Assembly: GCA_038320275.1 (NCBI GenBank)
Contig: JBBQEB010000067.1
Coordinates: 1 to 19,284 of the forward strand
Length of the DNA: 19,284 nucleotides
From: Myxococcales bacterium
GTDB lineage: Bacteria > Myxococcota > Myxococcia > Myxococcales > Anaeromyxobacteraceae
Direction of reading: 5' to 3'
Shown: one piece after another, positions 17,038 to 19,284 of the stretch
How positions within the stretch are numbered: the stretch's first letter is position 1
Layout of the letters: every line of letters starts with the position of its first letter
Notes under the pieces: generated by a model
Database searches by the model: none
What the model saw: only the letters and a program-made list of their open reading frames with translations
Told to the model about the DNA's origin: nothing
Translations under genes and position numbers: made by a program

Positions 17038-18189
17038 ATGTTCGGAGAACGGGTCGAGATCGGGCTCGCATGGCTCGGAGGGCAGCGGCTCGGGATGCAG
17101 CGGCTGCTCGAGCGGCTGGTGCGCCAGAGCTCCTTTTCGGGCGACGTGTCGGGCGTGAACGCGGTGGTCTCGATGCTGGACGCCGAGCTGCGCCGCATCG
17201 GCCTGCGGACCGAGCGCATCCCGGCCAAGAAGTTTGGCGACCACCTCGCCTTCCGCACCCTCGGCTCGGGAGCCCCCGCCTTCTTCATCGGGCACACCGA
17301 CACCGTCTACCCGCCCGGCAGCTTCGACGGCTTCTCGGTCAAGGGCGACGTCGCGCGCGGGCCGGGCGTCTTCGACATGAAGGGGGGCCTGGTGGTGGGG
17401 CTCTACGCCCTGGAGGCGCTGGCGCGGGCGGCCCTCCTCCGCCACGTGGCGGTGGCCGGAATCTTCGTCTCGGACGAGGAAGTGGGCTCGCCCGATTCGA
17501 CGCCGCACGTGCAGTCGCGGGTCGCGGGCGCCGCCTGCGCGCTGGGCCTGGAGTCGGGCCGCTCGGGCGATGCCATCGTCACCATGCGCAAGGGGGTGGC
17601 GTCGGTGCATGCCGAGGCGACCGGTGTGGCGGCGCATGCGGGCAACGATCACGCCTCCGGCCGCAACGCCATCTGGGCGCTCTCGCGCTTCGTCGATCGC
17701 GCCCAGGCGCTCACCGATCACGACCAGGGACTCACCGTGAACGTGGGTAAGATCGAGGGTGGCACCTCCAAGAATACCGTGCCCTCCCGCGCCCGCGCCG
17801 AGCTCGACCTCCGCTACGTCACCGCCGAGGCGGGAGAGGCCCTCTACCGCGCGCTGGAGGCTGCCGCGCGGGAGGCCGCTCTCGAGGGCACGCAGGTGCA
17901 GCTCGCCCGGACGGCGTGGCGCCCGCCCATGGTCCGCAGCGAAGCCTCGGCCGCGCTCGCTTCAGAGTACGGGTCGTGCCAGGAGGCGAGTGGGCTGGGG
18001 AAGGGCGAGGCGCCGCTCTCGGGCGGAGGCTCCGATGCCTGCACCACCAGCGCCTCGGGCGTGCCCACCATCGACGGGCTGGGTCCTCGCGGGGCCGGCT
18101 TTCACACGCCCGAGGAGCGCGTGGAGCTCTCCTCTCTCGTGCCCAAGGCGGCTGCGCTGGTGCGGTTCCTGGGGCGCAGGGCGGCGTAG
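17038..18189 (+). CDS. M20 family metallopeptidase (carboxypeptidase G2-like, ArgE/DapE superfamily), 383 aa
   Basis: ATG 17038 after GGGGAG; GHTDTVY, GPGVFDMKGG, SDEEVGS, RKG, AHAG, NVG.IEGG, NTVP, GGGSDA, DGLGPRGAGFHT. Confidence 0.92.
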   Translation: MFGERVEIGLAWLGGQRLGMQRLLERLVRQSSFSGDVSGVNAVVSMLDAELRRIGLRTERIPAKKFGDHLAFRTLGSGAPAFFIGHTDTVYPPGSFDGFSVKGDVARGPGVFDMKGGLVVGLYALEALARAALLRHVAVAGIFVSDEEVGSPDSTPHVQSRVAGAACALGLESGRSGDAIVTMRKGVASVHAEATGVAAHAGNDHASGRNAIWALSRFVDRAQALTDHDQGLTVNVGKIEGGTSKNTVPSRARAELDLRYVTAEAGEALYRALEAAAREAALEGTQVQLARTAWRPPMVRSEASAALASEYGSCQEASGLGKGEAPLSGGGSDACTTSASGVPTIDGLGPRGAGFHTPEERVELSSLVPKAAALVRFLGRRAA

Positions 18190-18217
18190 CTCCGGCCTGG
18201 GCAAGACAGACTGCCGG

Positions 18218-19177
18218 TCAGCGCGACCTGCCCCAGCAGGCGAGCACGCGGCGGCCCGCCTCGGCGCGGGCGAGCGCGTCGTCGGGGGCGAACCGGGCCA
18301 GGGTGAAGCGCGGTCCGCGCGCGGGAACCTGCTCGAACGAAGGATCCACCGGGATCCAGCCCTCCCCGGAGAGAACCTCGGTCCACTCGTGCCAGACGAA
18401 GGCGCGGCCGTCCCACGCCACGCCCACCGCGTAGCGTCCCTGGAGCCCGGCCGACCTCGCGATGGCGAGGTAGCGCTCGGAGCGGTCCCTGCAGCTCGCA
18501 CCAGGGGGGCTCGCGCGAGGGACGGCGGCGGGCGCGGCCGGTGGAGACGGGTCGAGGGGCGCGCCGCAGAAGGCGCTCGCCCCGGCCGGGAGAGCGACCT
18601 CGGTCGAGAACAGGCGCGGGGCCATGCGCGGCAGGGCCGCGGCGTCGTCGCGCACGAAGCGCATGCGCTGGCGCGGCAGCTCTACCTCGCCTGGCGCCTC
18701 TCCCGGCGCGGCGCGCAGGCGCACCGGCTCGCCCAGCACGGTGCCCTCCAGCAGCTCACCCGTCCTGCGCGCGCACGCCTCGCCGAGGGTCCCGCTCTCC
18801 TCGTCCCGGACGTTCACGCAGAGGCGCTCCCCCTCACGCGCGAGCCCGAGGAGCAGCTCCGCCGCGGAGGCGGGCGGGGGGCCCGCGCCGGCAGCGGAGC
18901 TCCGCGCGACCTTCCCATCCGCCAGGCTCTCGAGGTGCACCGACAGCGCGCTTCCGTCGCGGGAGAGCCGGGCATGGATGCGCCGCCCGGTGGTGCCCCC
19001 GCCCGCCTCCTCCGGGAGGCGCAGCTCACTCGACCAGCCGAGCTGGCACGTGGCTTCGCAGGCGAGCCGGAGCTCCGCCCAGCCGAGAGGCTGACCGGCG
19101 AGCTCGACGCGGTAGCGTGCGCCCGCGCTGGCCGGGAGCGCGGCGACGACGAGCGCCAGGGCGAGCGCCGCGATCAG
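18218..19177 (-). CDS. Secreted transglutaminase-like (Cys-His-Asp) domain protein, ~319 aa, probable CTG start
   Basis: Frame open upstream of the ORF-track start (18940) through LIAALALALVVAALPASAGARYRVELAGQPLGWAEL; C-terminal SCRD...R.AG...RYAVG...WHEWTEV...GWIPVDPSF. Confidence 0.8.
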   Translation of the reverse strand: MIAALALALVVAALPASAGARYRVELAGQPLGWAELRLACEATCQLGWSSELRLPEEAGGGTTGRRIHARLSRDGSALSVHLESLADGKVARSSAAGAGPPPASAAELLLGLAREGERLCVNVRDEESGTLGEACARRTGELLEGTVLGEPVRLRAAPGEAPGEVELPRQRMRFVRDDAAALPRMAPRLFSTEVALPAGASAFCGAPLDPSPPAAPAAVPRASPPGASCRDRSERYLAIARSAGLQGRYAVGVAWDGRAFVWHEWTEVLSGEGWIPVDPSFEQVPARGPRFTLARFAPDDALARAEAGRRVLACWGRSR

Positions 19178-19284
19178 GCTGCTCTCGCGCGCCGCCGGCG
19201 GACGACCCTCGCCGCGGCGAAAAGGGCGACGACGGCCAGGACCAGCCAGGCGGCGCTCGTGAACCGGGAGAGCAGCGCGGCCAG
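19174..19284 (-). CDS. 3' end of a membrane protein gene (possibly DedA-like), start outside window
   Basis: From 19284: LAALLSRFTSAAWLVLAVVALFAAARVVRRRRARAA-stop (TGA 19176-19174), a hydrophobic helix followed by a poly-Arg tail. Confidence 0.6.
   Translation of the reverse strand: MAALLSRFTSAAWLVLAVVALFAAARVVRRRRARAA

Noticed and set aside
1..19284. CRISPR array, tRNA, rRNA, riboswitch or T-box
   Set aside because: No regularly spaced repeat-spacer pattern or RNA-gene signature seen; intergenic spaces are mostly too short.

Overview
Very GC-rich bacterial window; gene content and order suggest a myxobacterium such as Anaeromyxobacter (inference). The left ~4 kb looks accessory: the 3' end of a beta-rich protein gene, a complete 1251-bp IS3-family element (455-1705, 3-bp CTG target duplication) inserted into one arm of a hairpin, and a lipoprotein with five Ig-like repeats plus a C-terminal domain resembling plant EXORDIUM/Phi-1. 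The centre is a tightly coupled minus-strand superoperon with all seven shikimate-pathway steps plus chorismate mutase and prephenate dehydrogenase (aroH-aroF-tyrA-aroA-aroE-aroC-aroK-aroB-aroQ), preceded by dtd and hinT. The operon ends in a GT2 glycosyltransferase that, judged from remembered motifs, resembles along its whole length the eukaryotic queuosine-tRNA(Tyr) galactosyltransferase QTGAL/B3GNTL1. This is the top lead: a possible bacterial tyrosine-biosynthesis plus tRNA(Tyr) modification/quality-control module. The right part has a lone astA, argC-argB followed by an orphan Xre/MbcA/ParS-type antitoxin C-terminal domain, a divergent M20 peptidase, a secreted transglutaminase-like protein that appears to start at a CTG codon, and the 3' end of a membrane protein gene. 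All family calls are motif recognition by eye; no searches were run.
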